Made by a program: the position numbers and the translations under genes. Under the pieces are notes generated by a model. It was not told the origin of the DNA. It made no database searches and saw only the letters and a program-made list of their open reading frames with translations. From Candidatus Dormiibacterota bacterium (lineage in GTDB: Bacteria > Chloroflexota > Dormibacteria > Aeolococcales > Aeolococcaceae): a DNA stretch of 64,000 nt. The stretch is taken from contig CAVPXI010000023.1 in the NCBI GenBank assembly GCA_963709585.1, forward strand, positions 197,310 through 261,309, in the 5' to 3' direction. This document shows, in pieces, positions 20,866-31,116 of the stretch; position 1 is the stretch's first letter, and each line of letters begins with the position of its first letter.

Positions 20866-22181
20866 GCGCGGTACCTCCAGAACTGCGGGAGCACCGCGCT
20901 CAATACCGCAGTACCGACCACGCACAGAATGCCGCCGCTCACGACCGACGCGCGCACACCGGCAAGCGATCCGACGATTCCCGACTCGAGGTTGCCCATC
21001 GCCGGCCCTGACGTGTAGCTGATCATCTCGATACCCGCAAGGCGTCCGCGCATCGCGTCCGGGATCGTCTGGTTCCAGAGCGTGGTCCGAAACAGCCCGC
21101 TGATCATGTCGGCCGCACCGGCGGCGACAAGCGCCAGCAGCGCCACCCAGAGCGACGGCGCGAACCCAAACGCCACGATCGCGACGCCCCAACTCGCTGC
21201 GGCGAAAGCGATCGCACGTCCGTGGTGGCGGACGGACCGCGTCCAACCGCTGGTGACCGTCGCGAGCAGCGAGCCGACTGAGGGCGCCGTGTACAGCAAT
21301 CCGAGGGCCGCCGGTCCGCCGAGCCCCGACGCGATCTGCGGGAAGAGCGCCATCGGCATGCCAAAGAACATCGCATTGATGTCGACCAGGTACGAGCCGA
21401 GCAGATCCTGGCGGCCGGCCGCGTAGCGCAGGCCGGCGAGCGCTGCTCGAAGACTTACTCCCTCGGCGTCGGGCGCGGGCGGCACGGCACGCATGAGCGT
21501 CAGCGCCACCGTGGCCACGAGAAACGTTGCCACGTCAACCCCATAGGTCACCGGCAGCCCGATGGTTGCGATGAGAATGCCGGCAACCGGTGGGCCGAGC
21601 ACCTGGCCAAGGTTGCCCCGGAGCGATTCGAGCGCGGCCGCGGCGGTCAGCTTGTCACGGGGGACGATTCGGGGCACGAGGGCGTCCAGCGAGGGCCGCT
21701 CCAACGCGTCGACCCCGGCTGCGGCAACGACAACGACGAACAGCACCCAGAGCTGTGGTCGGGGCAGCGCCGCATTGACGACGAGGACGATGACGATGCC
21801 GCAGGCGCTGATCTGGGTGATGCGCACCATGCGCCGCCGATCGACCGTGTCGGCAAGCGCCCCTCCGACGAAGGACATCAGGAGTATCGGGGCCAACTCG
21901 GCGAGGCTGACCAAGCCGACCACGAGTGATGAGCGTGTGAGCTCATACGCCTGGAACGGTATCGCGACGTAGGTGATCATGCTGCCCGCGAAGGAAACGC
22001 CCTGGCCGATGAAGAGCAGCCGGAATTCTCTCGACTCACGAAGCGGCGTGACATCGATCGCGAGCGATGTGACGTGCCGCCGCACGGCCGATCGCCGCGT
22101 GCGGGCGGTCTCGCTCGCCGGCCGAGACTCCATCTGCGGATCCGGCGTCGCGCGCGTGTGCGGCGGTGGCTCCTCGGACAC
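20862..22181 (-). CDS. MFS transporter (EntS-like)
   Basis: DVTPLRESREFRLLF, GGALADTVDRRR, TIPDAMRGRLAG; 12 TM segments; start approximate. Confidence 0.85.
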   Translation of the reverse strand: MSEEPPPHTRATPDPQMESRPASETARTRRSAVRRHVTSLAIDVTPLRESREFRLLFIGQGVSFAGSMITYVAIPFQAYELTRSSLVVGLVSLAELAPILLMSFVGGALADTVDRRRMVRITQISACGIVIVLVVNAALPRPQLWVLFVVVVAAAGVDALERPSLDALVPRIVPRDKLTAAAALESLRGNLGQVLGPPVAGILIATIGLPVTYGVDVATFLVATVALTLMRAVPPAPDAEGVSLRAALAGLRYAAGRQDLLGSYLVDINAMFFGMPMALFPQIASGLGGPAALGLLYTAPSVGSLLATVTSGWTRSVRHHGRAIAFAAASWGVAIVAFGFAPSLWVALLALVAAGAADMISGLFRTTLWNQTIPDAMRGRLAGIEMISYTSGPAMGNLESGIVGSLAGVRASVVSGGILCVVGTAVLSAVLPQFWRYRA

Positions 22182-22450
22182 CGTGCAACTCTGCGACTTA
22201 ACGGCCGCCTGTGGCTCTGATGAGCAAAGCAAGCCTCGAAACTTGACCATTCCAGTCTGGATTTGCTACCGTCGGTGGCGATGGGCGCCCCGGTTTACGG
22301 ATTGACGCGCTGCCTGTGGCTCGACGACGGCTGTTGCGGCTCCGCCATCTGTAGTCGCTGATCAGCGACCCGCCGTCACGTCCGCTCACGAGGGTGCGAC
22401 CCGTGGACATCAATGCCACTCATCAACCGTCGTTCAAATGAGGTTATGTC

Positions 22451-22996
22451 ATGTCTGTCACCGATGAATTGGTAAAGAACAACGAGCAGTACGCCGCCAG
22501 TTTTGACAAGGGCAGCGCACCGCTTCCGCCCGCGCTTGGGGTTGCGGTCGTCGCGTGCATGGATGCGCGACTGCATGTCAGCGCGATCCTCGGTCTCGAG
22601 ATCGGCGACGCACACATCATCCGCAACGCCGGTGGGGTCGTGACCGATGACGCCATCCGTTCGCTGGTGATCTCACAGCGACTGCTCGGAACCAGGGAGA
22701 TCATCCTCATCCACCACAGCGACTGCGGGATGGTCACCTTCACGGACGATGCTGTGAAGGCGCAGATCAAGGAGGACACCGGGATCCGCCCGCCCTTCGC
22801 GCTCGAGGCGTTCCCTGACGTCGCCGACGACGTCCGACAGTCGATCGCTCGCATCAAGGCGAGCCCATTCATCCCGAACCGCGAGAGCGTCCGCGGATTC
22901 GTGTATGACGTCACCACCGGCCGGTTGGGTGAGATCGAACCCGACCGCGAGCTGACCGGCGCGTCGTCCGCAGTCGCCGACGGGGTTGCTCGATAA
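22451..22996 (+). CDS. Beta-class carbonic anhydrase (clade D)
   Basis: ACMDARL, IRNAGG, HHSDCGM zinc ligands; SD GAGGT upstream. Confidence 0.92.
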   Translation: MSVTDELVKNNEQYAASFDKGSAPLPPALGVAVVACMDARLHVSAILGLEIGDAHIIRNAGGVVTDDAIRSLVISQRLLGTREIILIHHSDCGMVTFTDDAVKAQIKEDTGIRPPFALEAFPDVADDVRQSIARIKASPFIPNRESVRGFVYDVTTGRLGEIEPDRELTGASSAVADGVAR

Positions 22997-23245
22997 GCTC
23001 GCGAAACCACTGCAATCAAGCCCTTGCCCTGCGCCTGCGCGGGGCAGGGGGCTGCAGCGGGTTTGTTCGCAACCGTACGCAGCCGACGGTTCCAGAGTTG
23101 TCGTGCCTCGTCCACACGACACGCCGTGACCACCCGACTGAGGACGTGACACAACGGTCACACGCACCGGCCGCAGCGGACAAGTTCGCTCCTCAATCTC
23201 GGGCAAGCGACGTGCGCCACGCGCACAAACTAGGTACCACCAAAG

Positions 23246-23306
23246 TTGCGCACAGGCATGTGCCTTACTGCACAAACAAAGTGCGCAGTTGTCCACATTG
23301 TGCACA
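23246..23306 (+). promoter_or_regulatory. Cluster of DnaA-box-like 9-mers
   Basis: TTGTCCACA (23289-23297) directly followed by TTGTGCACA (23298-23306); TTGCGCACA (23246-23254). Confidence 0.45.
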
Positions 23307-23362
23307 GGGTTGTGCGTCTCAAACGCGTCGCGCTCCGCGTGCAGCAGTATGCAACGTGATGG

Positions 23363-23393
23363 TTGACAGGGGGTCATGGGCGCGGCGTACACT
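23363..23393 (+). promoter_or_regulatory. Sigma70-type promoter with a 19-bp spacer
   Basis: TTGACA (23363-23368) - N19 - TACACT (23388-23393), upstream of SD GGAGG at 23408. Confidence 0.55.
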
Positions 23394-23420
23394 CAGTCAG
23401 TGACATCGGAGGCGGGCGGG

Positions 23421-23717
23421 TTGAGGCATTCAGAGCGAGCCATCATGCCGCGCAGAATCTGCGCACGGGTGGGATGCGACGAGCCGGTGCACAAGCCGAC
23501 GGCGAAGTACTGCAGCATCAAGTGCTGCTCGATCGATCCCGCGCGTCACGAGCGGTTGCGCAACCAGGCACGCCGCGCGTCCGCACGTCCGATCCCGATG
23601 CTGCGTCAACTCCGGTTCGAGTTCCAGGCCACAGGCTTCGACCCCGAGGCGCAACTGACCGTGCTGTGTCAGTCACGCGAGGACGTCCCCTCGGGCATGT
23701 CCCGCCTCACCGGCTGA
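23421..23717 (+). CDS. Small Cys-rich hypothetical protein (putative zinc finger)
   Basis: GGAGG 8 nt before TTG 23421 (alternative ATG 23445); CARVGC..YCSIKCC; has its own promoter. Confidence 0.6.
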   Translation: MRHSERAIMPRRICARVGCDEPVHKPTAKYCSIKCCSIDPARHERLRNQARRASARPIPMLRQLRFEFQATGFDPEAQLTVLCQSREDVPSGMSRLTG

Positions 23718-23773
23718 CGCACACACCCAGATCACCGAGCGCCGTCGGGTGGACTGCGTAGAATCGGCGTCGC

Positions 23774-25594
23774 ATGCCAGACGAGATCGTCGACGACGCC
23801 GCTGAGGCTGGCGCACCACTTCCAGCGCCTGCCGAGCCCACTCTCGAGATCCTTCGCCATAGCGCCGCCCACCTGATGGCGGCCGCGGTGGTCGATTTGT
23901 TTCCCGGCGCCCAGTACGACGTCGGGCCTGCGATCGAAGACGGCTTCTTCTACAACTTCCGCCTCCCCGGTGGACAGCACTTCGTGGACGACGACCTCCA
24001 GCGGATCGAGTCACGCATGAACGTTCTCTCCGGCAGGAAGATCGCGTTCGTGCAGGAGGAGGTGCCGCGTTCGCAGGCGGTCGAGATGTTCACCGCCATG
24101 CACCAGGACTTCAAGGTGGACATCGTCAACCGGCTGCCCGACGATGTCGCCACGGTCAGCATCTACCGGACCGGCGAGTTCGTCGACCTGTGCCGTGGCC
24201 CGCACGTTCCTGACACCGGGTGGCTCGCGGCTGTGCATGTGCTCCGCATCGCCGGCGTGTACTGGCGCGGCGACGCGCGCAACGAGCAGCTGCAACGCGT
24301 ATACGGCACGGCGTGGTTCACGAGGGACGAGCTCGATGCGTACATGCACCGTCTCGAGGAGGCCCGCAAACGCGACCACCGGCGGCTCGGCGCCGAGCTC
24401 GACCTGTTCTCGTTCCCGGACGAGATCGGCTCGGGGCTGCCGGTGTTCCATCCCAATGGCGGGCTCGTGCGCAAGCTCATGGAGGACTACTCACGCCAGC
24501 GCCACGAGGAAGCCGGCTACTCCTTCGTGAACACCCCGCACATCACCAAGGAGGACCTCTTCAAGGTCTCCGGGCACCTCGAGTGGTTCGCCGAAGGGAT
24601 GTTCCCACCCATGGAGCTCGACGAGGGCACGAAGTACTACCTCAAGCCGATGAACTGCCCGATGCACATCCTCATCTATCAGAGCCGGATGCGCTCGTAC
24701 CGCGAATTGCCCTTGCGGCTCTTCGAATTCGGCAGTGTCTATCGCTACGAGAAGTCGGGCGTGATCCATGGGCTCACCCGGGTGCGCGGGCTCACCATGG
24801 ACGACGCGCACATCTTCTGTTCGCGCGAGCAGATGATGGACGAGCTCATCTCCCTGCTCGACTTCACTCTGGGGCTGCTTCGCGATTTCGGGCTCACCGA
24901 CTTCTACCTCGAGCTCTCGACCCGACCCGAGCACAAGGCGGTCGGCACGGTGGAGGAGTGGGACGTCGCAACTGGCGCCCTCCGCCTCGCCGCCGAGGGT
25001 CGCAACCTCGAGCTCGTGCTCGACGAGGGTGGCGGCGCGTTCTACGGGCCTAAGATCTCGGTGCAGGCGCGGGACGCAATCGGACGGACGTGGCAGATGT
25101 CGACGATTCAGGTCGACTTCCAGTTCCCGCAGCGATTCGACTTGCACTTCGTCGATGACAGCGGCGCCGAGCAGCAGCCGATCATGATCCACCGCGCGCT
25201 GTTCGGCTCCATCGAACGCTTCTTCGGGATTCTGCTCGAACATTACGCCGGCCATTTCCCGCTCTGGCTCGCCCCGGTGCAGTGTGCGATCGTCCCGGTC
25301 CAGGACGACAGTGACGAGGTGATGGCATACATCCGCAGTCTCGCCGCGGCCATGCGCGACCGGGGCTTGCGCGCGTCGATCGACGAACGTCATGGCGAAC
25401 GTATGCAGGCGCGCGTGCGTGATGCGGAACTCAAGCGTATTCCCTACGTGGTGGTCATCGGCAAGCGCGACGTTGAGCGCGGTGACGGCGTGATTCGTGT
25501 CCGGGACGTGCGCCGCAACGCGCAGGAGGATGTCTCGACGGGCGCGCTCATCGATCGTCTGGCCGCCGAGGTGAGCGAGCGGCGTCCCGAGTGA
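23774..25594 (+). CDS. thrS: Threonine--tRNA ligase (no N-terminal TGS domain)
   Basis: RHSAAHL, DLCRGPH, RDHRRLG, KPMNCP, FYGPK, IHRALFGSIERF. Confidence 0.97.
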   Translation: MPDEIVDDAAEAGAPLPAPAEPTLEILRHSAAHLMAAAVVDLFPGAQYDVGPAIEDGFFYNFRLPGGQHFVDDDLQRIESRMNVLSGRKIAFVQEEVPRSQAVEMFTAMHQDFKVDIVNRLPDDVATVSIYRTGEFVDLCRGPHVPDTGWLAAVHVLRIAGVYWRGDARNEQLQRVYGTAWFTRDELDAYMHRLEEARKRDHRRLGAELDLFSFPDEIGSGLPVFHPNGGLVRKLMEDYSRQRHEEAGYSFVNTPHITKEDLFKVSGHLEWFAEGMFPPMELDEGTKYYLKPMNCPMHILIYQSRMRSYRELPLRLFEFGSVYRYEKSGVIHGLTRVRGLTMDDAHIFCSREQMMDELISLLDFTLGLLRDFGLTDFYLELSTRPEHKAVGTVEEWDVATGALRLAAEGRNLELVLDEGGGAFYGPKISVQARDAIGRTWQMSTIQVDFQFPQRFDLHFVDDSGAEQQPIMIHRALFGSIERFFGILLEHYAGHFPLWLAPVQCAIVPVQDDSDEVMAYIRSLAAAMRDRGLRASIDERHGERMQARVRDAELKRIPYVVVIGKRDVERGDGVIRVRDVRRNAQEDVSTGALIDRLAAEVSERRPE

Positions 25595-26187
25595 GACGGG
25601 TCCGGCCCCGCAGCGCGCAGGAAACTCTCTCTACCCGCGCGCCACTTCGCGGCGAGGCCAAGCTGCGCGCCGCGCTCACCGGATTCGACGTGCGCGTCGC
25701 CGGGAGGGTCTGCCTCGACCTCGGCGCGGCGGCCGGTGGCTTCACTCGGGTCCTGCTCGAGGCGGGCGCGTCGCGCGTGTACGCGGTCGACGCGGGGTTC
25801 GGTCAGCTGCTCGGATCGCTCCGCCAGGATCCGCGCGTCGTGAACCTCGAGGCTACCAACGTGGCCGCCCTCGACACTCGCCTTGTTCCCGATCCGATCG
25901 AGGTGGTCGCCATCGACGTCTCGTACCTTGCACTGGCTGCCGCGGTCGTCCAGCTCGATCGCATCACGATCGCATCAGACGCGGACCTGATCGGCCTCGT
26001 CAAGCCGATGTTCGAGCTCCGACTGGCGACAGCTCCGTCCGACCCGCTGATCGTCGACGCCGCGACCGAGCGTGCCTCGGCGGGCATCGTCGCAGCCGGT
26101 TGGGAGGTCATGAGCGCCATGCCATCGCCGGTGCTCGGTGGGCGTGGGGCAGTCGAGGCCCTGGTGCACGCCCGGAGATCACGATGA
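25591..26187 (+). CDS. TlyA-like RNA methyltransferase, FtsJ domain only (no S4 domain)
   Basis: RGEAKL..AL, LDLGAAAGGFT, AVDAGFGQL, DVSYL, LVKPMFE. Confidence 0.75.
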   Translation: MRRVRPRSAQETLSTRAPLRGEAKLRAALTGFDVRVAGRVCLDLGAAAGGFTRVLLEAGASRVYAVDAGFGQLLGSLRQDPRVVNLEATNVAALDTRLVPDPIEVVAIDVSYLALAAAVVQLDRITIASDADLIGLVKPMFELRLATAPSDPLIVDAATERASAGIVAAGWEVMSAMPSPVLGGRGAVEALVHARRSR

Positions 26188-26218
26188 CCTCGCGGCAGGT
26201 TTGGGGGCTCCGCGCGCG

Positions 26219-26352
26219 TGTTATATTCAGCGGCCGACGCCCATGGTTGGGCGCCGCAAAGCAGGACCGCCAGGTACGGCCCTCACCTTCCGGGCTTGCC
26301 TTGAAGGTCCAGCACCCGAACCCTGGATAGCGGAACCGCTGTCCAGTTTTTT
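26219..26352 (+). promoter_or_regulatory. infC promoter and leader (L20-leader-like attenuator)
   Basis: Extended -10 TGTTATATT (26219-26227); AAAGCAGG..CTCACC segment; terminator just before the infC SD. Confidence 0.55.
26323..26352 (+). terminator. Intrinsic terminator (attenuator) upstream of infC
   Basis: CTGGATAGCG-GAAC-CGCTGTCCAG followed by TTTTTT. Confidence 0.75.
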
Positions 26353-26375
26353 ATATCCACAAGGAGGCCGCGCCG

Positions 26376-27029
26376 ATCGCATTCCGAGAGCTCAGGGTCA
26401 ACGACCAGATTCGCATCCCCACGGTCCGGCTGTTTGACGACACCACCGGCGAACAGCTGGGAATCGTGACCATCGAACGAGCGCGAGAGCTCGCCGCCCA
26501 ACGTGAACTCGACCTGGTCGAGGTGGCACCTCAGGCCCAACCGCCGGTGTGCCGCCTCATGGACTACGGGCGCTTCAAGTTCGAAGCCCTGAAGAAGGAG
26601 AAGGAAAGCCGCAAAGAGCACAACACCATCAACGTCAAGGAGATGAAGCTGCGTCCGAAGATCTCGGAGCACGACTTCCAGACCAAGTTCGGGTCGGTTC
26701 GTCACTTCCTCCACGACGGCGACAAGGTCAAGCTCACGATCATGTTTCGTGGGCGCGAGATGGTGCACCAGGAGTACGGGCGCAAGCTGCTCGACCGGAT
26801 GGCCGAGGAACTGAAAGAGGTGGCGATCATCGAGCGGACACCGCTGGTGGAGGGCCGCAACATGATCATGATCATGAGCCCGCTCAACAAGAAGCACGCC
26901 AAGGGCGACCAGCACACCAATGACCGGCGTCCGACACAGGAAATCGAGGTGAGCGTCACCGTTCCGGAGGAAGAGCAGGTCGCCGAATCAGGGAGTAACA
27001 ACGTCGATGCCAAAGATACGAACCCATAA
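26376..27029 (+). CDS. infC: Translation initiation factor IF-3 (ATC start)
   Basis: AAGGAGG (26361-26367) 8 nt before in-frame ATC 26376; ELRVNDQIR..VRL, LDLVEV, DYGRFKFE, KEMKLRPKI. Confidence 0.95.
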   Translation: MAFRELRVNDQIRIPTVRLFDDTTGEQLGIVTIERARELAAQRELDLVEVAPQAQPPVCRLMDYGRFKFEALKKEKESRKEHNTINVKEMKLRPKISEHDFQTKFGSVRHFLHDGDKVKLTIMFRGREMVHQEYGRKLLDRMAEELKEVAIIERTPLVEGRNMIMIMSPLNKKHAKGDQHTNDRRPTQEIEVSVTVPEEEQVAESGSNNVDAKDTNP

Positions 27030-27204
27030 GGGAACCGCCAAGCGGCTGCGCGTCACCTCGACCGGAAAGGTGATGCGGCGCAAGGCGTTTCGCTCGCACC
27101 TGCTCGAGCACAAGAGCGCCAAGCGCAAGCGCGCGTACCGGATGCAACACGAGGTGTCCTCGTCGGACCGCCGCAAGGTGATCCGGCTTGCACCCTACCT
27201 TTAG
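27007..27204 (+). CDS. rpmI: 50S ribosomal protein L35
   Basis: MPKIRTHKGTAKR..HLLEHKS. Confidence 0.97.
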   Translation: MPKIRTHKGTAKRLRVTSTGKVMRRKAFRSHLLEHKSAKRKRAYRMQHEVSSSDRRKVIRLAPYL

Positions 27205-27213
27205 GAGAGCGAT

Positions 27214-27576
27214 ATGGCCAGAGTGAAGCGTGGGGTGACGGCCAAGGCTCGCCACCGGAAGATCCTCGAGATGGCCGAGGGCATGCAGGGAGCTCGTCAC
27301 CGGCTGTACAAGAACGCCAACGAGGCGGTCATGCATTCGCTCGCCTACGCGTACCGCGACCGCAAGCAGCGGAAAGGTGACATGCGCGGTCTGTGGATCG
27401 CGCGCATCAACGCGGCAGCGCGGCAGAACGGCCTTGCGTACAACCAGTTCATGCACGGCCTCAAGGAGGCCGGCGTCGAGGTGAATCGCAAGATGCTCGC
27501 CGATATCGCAGTCAAGGATTCGGGCTCGTTTCAGCAGCTCGTCGAAGTCGCCCGGGGCGCCCTCACCAAGGCGTGA
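27214..27576 (+). CDS. rplT: 50S ribosomal protein L20
   Basis: [29 protein letters not shown]. Confidence 0.97.
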   Translation: MARVKRGVTAKARHRKILEMAEGMQGARHRLYKNANEAVMHSLAYAYRDRKQRKGDMRGLWIARINAAARQNGLAYNQFMHGLKEAGVEVNRKMLADIAVKDSGSFQQLVEVARGALTKA

Positions 27577-28631
27577 CCGCCGACCTCCACAGCGTGGCGG
27601 CGGAAGCCCTCGAGGCAGTCGCCGCCGCGCCGGACCTCGCCGCGCTCGACGCGGTGCGGACCAGGTATCTCGGTCGGGGTGACGGTGTCCTGACCTCGTT
27701 TCGGCGTGGCCTCGGCAAAATCCCCGACGCGGACGGGCGCCGCCAGATGGGGCAGATGGTCAACGAGCTGGTCCAGCGGGTCGGTGATGCCCTCGACGAA
27801 CGCCAGCGCGCCATCGAACGCGCCGCGCGAGCGCAGAGCCTGGAGATGGAGACGCTCGATCTGACCCGGCCCGCGCCGCGATTGCGTCGCGGCCGCCTGA
27901 GCCCGGTGACGCTCGCCGCCCGCGAGATGCGGCGGATCTTCGCCCAGCTCGGCTTCGAGAGCATCGAGGGCCCCGAGGTTGAATACGACCGCTACAACTT
28001 CACGCTGGTCAACCAGCCCCCCGGACACCCCGCTCGCGATTCGCAGGACACGTTCTACATCGATGACTCGCGGCTGCTTCGCACTCACACCTCGCCGGTG
28101 CAGATCCGCAGCATGCTCATCCGAGGTGCGCCGCAGCGGGTGATCGTCCCCGGCAAGACGTATCGCCGCGATCACGACGCCACGCACATGCCGATGTTTC
28201 ACCAGGTCGAGGGGCTCTGCGTCGACGAGGGAATCGCGGTGAGCGACCTCAAGGGGACCCTCGAGTACTTCGCGCGATCGTTCTTCGGCACGGGCTCCGC
28301 CCTGCAGTGGCGCCCCCACCACTTCCCGTTCACCGAGCCGTCGCTGGAGCTGGAGCTCGCATGCGTCGTGTGCGGCGGATCCGGCTGCAACGTGTGCAAA
28401 TACAGCGGTTGGCTCGAGCTCCTCGGCAGCGGCATGGTCCATCCCCAGGTGCTGCGCAACGGTGGGGTCGACCCCGAGCGCTACTCGGGTTTCGCCTTCG
28501 GAATGGGCATCGAGCGGGCCGCCATGCTGGCGTGGGGCATCCCCGACATGCGCCTCCTCTACGACAGCGATGTCCGTTTCCTGGTCCCCGAGACGGTGAT
28601 CGACACCCCGGCCGAACGGGCGTCACAGTGA
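27573..28631 (+). CDS. pheS: Phenylalanine--tRNA ligase alpha subunit
   Basis: GTG overlapping the rplT stop; [38 protein letters not shown]. Confidence 0.96.
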   Translation: MTADLHSVAAEALEAVAAAPDLAALDAVRTRYLGRGDGVLTSFRRGLGKIPDADGRRQMGQMVNELVQRVGDALDERQRAIERAARAQSLEMETLDLTRPAPRLRRGRLSPVTLAAREMRRIFAQLGFESIEGPEVEYDRYNFTLVNQPPGHPARDSQDTFYIDDSRLLRTHTSPVQIRSMLIRGAPQRVIVPGKTYRRDHDATHMPMFHQVEGLCVDEGIAVSDLKGTLEYFARSFFGTGSALQWRPHHFPFTEPSLELELACVVCGGSGCNVCKYSGWLELLGSGMVHPQVLRNGGVDPERYSGFAFGMGIERAAMLAWGIPDMRLLYDSDVRFLVPETVIDTPAERASQ

Positions 28632-31116
28632 AGTTCTCGCTGCGCTGGTTGCGCGACTACGCAATCCTCGATGCGCCCGTTGCGGCGATCGTCAAGGCGC
28701 TGGTCGACACCGGCACCGAGGTCGGGGCGGTCGAGCCCGGCGGAGAGGGGCTCGTGGTCGCGCGGATCACCTCGGTCGCGCCGGTTCCCGGCTCATCCCA
28801 CCTGCAATTCGCGGACCTCGACCTCGGCGGCAAGGTGCCCGCATCGCTGGCGCCGTTCGTCGTGGTGCCCGGGACGGTCCGGGTGCTGACCGGGGCGCCG
28901 AACGTCAAGGCCGGCGACCTCGTGCCCTACGCGCCCCCGGGGACGCGCCCACCCGCCATGGACGAACGCCTCGGCGTCAAGAGCATCCGTGGCCACAAGT
29001 CACCGGGGATGCTCTGCTCGGCGATCGAGCTCGGGGTGGGGGAGGACGCCGACGGCATCCTGATCCTCGATGACGGGAGACCGGGACAGCCGCTGGGCGA
29101 GGTCCTGGCCCTTGACACGGTCCTCGATCTCGACGTGACCACCAACCGGCCGGACTGCCTGTGCCACTTGGGCATCGCCCGCGAGCTGGCGGCAGCACTC
29201 GGAGAAGCGCTCAACGAGCCCCCGGCATCGATACCCGAGGACCTCCTGTCGGCCACGTCGGCGGAGTTGCGCGCCCGGGTCCAGATCGATGACGCGCAGG
29301 CCTGCCCGCGCTTCGCTGCCCGGGTGATCGAGGGCGTGGTCGTAGGCCCGTCGCCGGGATGGCTGCGCCAGCGGCTCCGCGCCGTCGGACTGCGGCCGAT
29401 CAACAACGTGGTCGACATCACCAACTTCGTGCTCCACGAGCTCGGCCAGCCACTCCACGCCTTCGATCTCGATCGATTTGTCGAAGCGGGCGGTGGCAGG
29501 ATCGGGGAGATCGTCGTCCGACGAGCGAAGCCGGGTGAGCACGTCGTCGATCTCATGGGCACGGACCGCGGGCTCTCCTCCGAGGACATCGTTGTCTGCT
29601 CCGGCCAGGTGCCCGCGAGCATCGCCGGGATCATCGGTGGCAGCTCGACAGCGGTGACCGACTCCACCAGGGCGGTGCTGCTCGAGGCGGCGACCTGGGA
29701 TGGGCCGACCATCCGGGCAACCTCAAAGCGGCTCGGGCTCCGCACCGACGCCTCGACGCTCTTCGAGAAGGGATTGAGCGACCGCCTCCCGCCGGTGGCG
29801 CTCGATCGTGCGGCGAGCCTGATCGCCGAGCTGTCGGGAGGCCACGTCCTCGGCGGCGCAATCGACCAGTGGCCGCGTCCGCTCCCCGAGCTGGGCCCGA
29901 TCGCGTTGACGGCGCGCGCCGCCGGCCACCTCCTCGGTATCGCCATCGACGCGACCGAGATCGCCACGACGCTCGCGCAACTCGGCTTCGCGGTCGAGCA
30001 GGACGGCGCCGCGCTCACGGTCATGCCCCCGTACTTCCGCCGCGACGTGTCCCTGCCGGAGGACCTCGTCGAGGAGGTGGGCAGGATGATCGGGTACTCC
30101 CGGGTGCCGAGCACGCTCCCGGGACGTCGCGTCGCGGTCACCAGCACCGCGCCGCCGCCGCCGCTCGAGGACGCGGTCCGTGACGTGTGCGTCGGCGCGG
30201 GCTTCGATGAGGCGATCACCTTTGCCTTCGTCGGCCCGCTCGAAGCCACGACGTTGCCGGGCCTCGGGCGCGGACGGACACCCATCCCACTGCGCAATCC
30301 GCTCAGCGACGAGTGGAGCGTCATGCGCACCTCCCAGCTTCCCCGGCTCTGCGCCGCGCTCGCCGCCAACGTCAACCGCGGCAGCGGCGATGTGATGCTC
30401 TTCGAGCTTGGCCGAGCGTTCTGGGAAGGCGAGCGAGTGGGGCTGGCGCCGGGCTCGACGCCCGATAACGCCGACCTCGCACTCCCGGCGCTGCCGCTCG
30501 AGCCGCTGCTGGTGAGCGTCGCGGTGCACGTCGCCAGCGGCTCCGCTGAGGACGCCGCCCGCGAGGTTCGACGGGTCCAGTCCGTCTTCGACCGCATCAC
30601 CGACGACCTCGCCGGCGCCACGCTCCGCGCCGAGCCCTCCGAGGAAGCGGGGCTCCACCCGGGAGAAGCGCGGCACTGTGCCTCGGCGGTGACACGGTCG
30701 GCATCCTGGGGGAACTCTCCTTCGAGACCGCCGCCGCGTTCGAGATCCGGGGACGCGTCGCGGTCGGAGAGCTGCGCGTCGACGTGATCGCTCCCTCGCC
30801 GCCGCGAAGGGTCCGGTACGCACCGCCACCTCGATTTCCCGCCATCGTGCAGGACCTCGCGGTCACGGTCGCCACCGACCGGCGCGCCGGCGACGCCATG
30901 GACGCCATCCGGGACACCCACGAGCCCTTGCTCGAGAACGCGGAGCTGTACGACGAGTACCGCGGCGGCAGCCTTGGCGAGGACAGGAAGGGTTGGACGT
31001 TCCGGCTGACGTTCCGGGCGCCCGACCGAACCCTCACCGGGGACGAGGCGCAGCGCGCTCAGGACGCAATCGCGACCGCCCTGGCTCAGCGTTGCGATGC
31101 GGAGATTCGCCGGTAG
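28628..31116 (+). CDS. pheT: Phenylalanine--tRNA ligase beta subunit (1-nt deletion ~30662)
   Basis: MKFSLRWL, TTNRPDCL, PINNVVDITN, EDLVEEVGR; LHPG continues in the alternate frame as RSAAL..GILGEL..RFPAIVQDLA..DRTLT. Confidence 0.94.

Noticed and set aside
22251-22450. Riboswitch upstream of carbonic anhydrase (GGCGATGG, fluoride-like; short palindromes)
   Set aside because: The rest of the crcB consensus is missing, and short palindromes are expected by chance at this GC content.
23100-23320. Replication origin oriC
   Set aside because: Only one perfect box, no clear AT-rich unwinding element or DnaA-trio, and no dnaA/dnaN nearby.
23718-23773. T-box riboswitch before thrS (or pheS)
   Set aside because: Only 56 bp of intergenic space with a -10 adjacent to the ATG; pheS overlaps rplT; no T-box motif.
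31101-31116. GTA non-canonical start for mpg (GGAG, 8 nt, GTAG overlap with the pheT stop)
   Set aside because: An in-frame TTG at 31092 is available, so the unusual start is not required.
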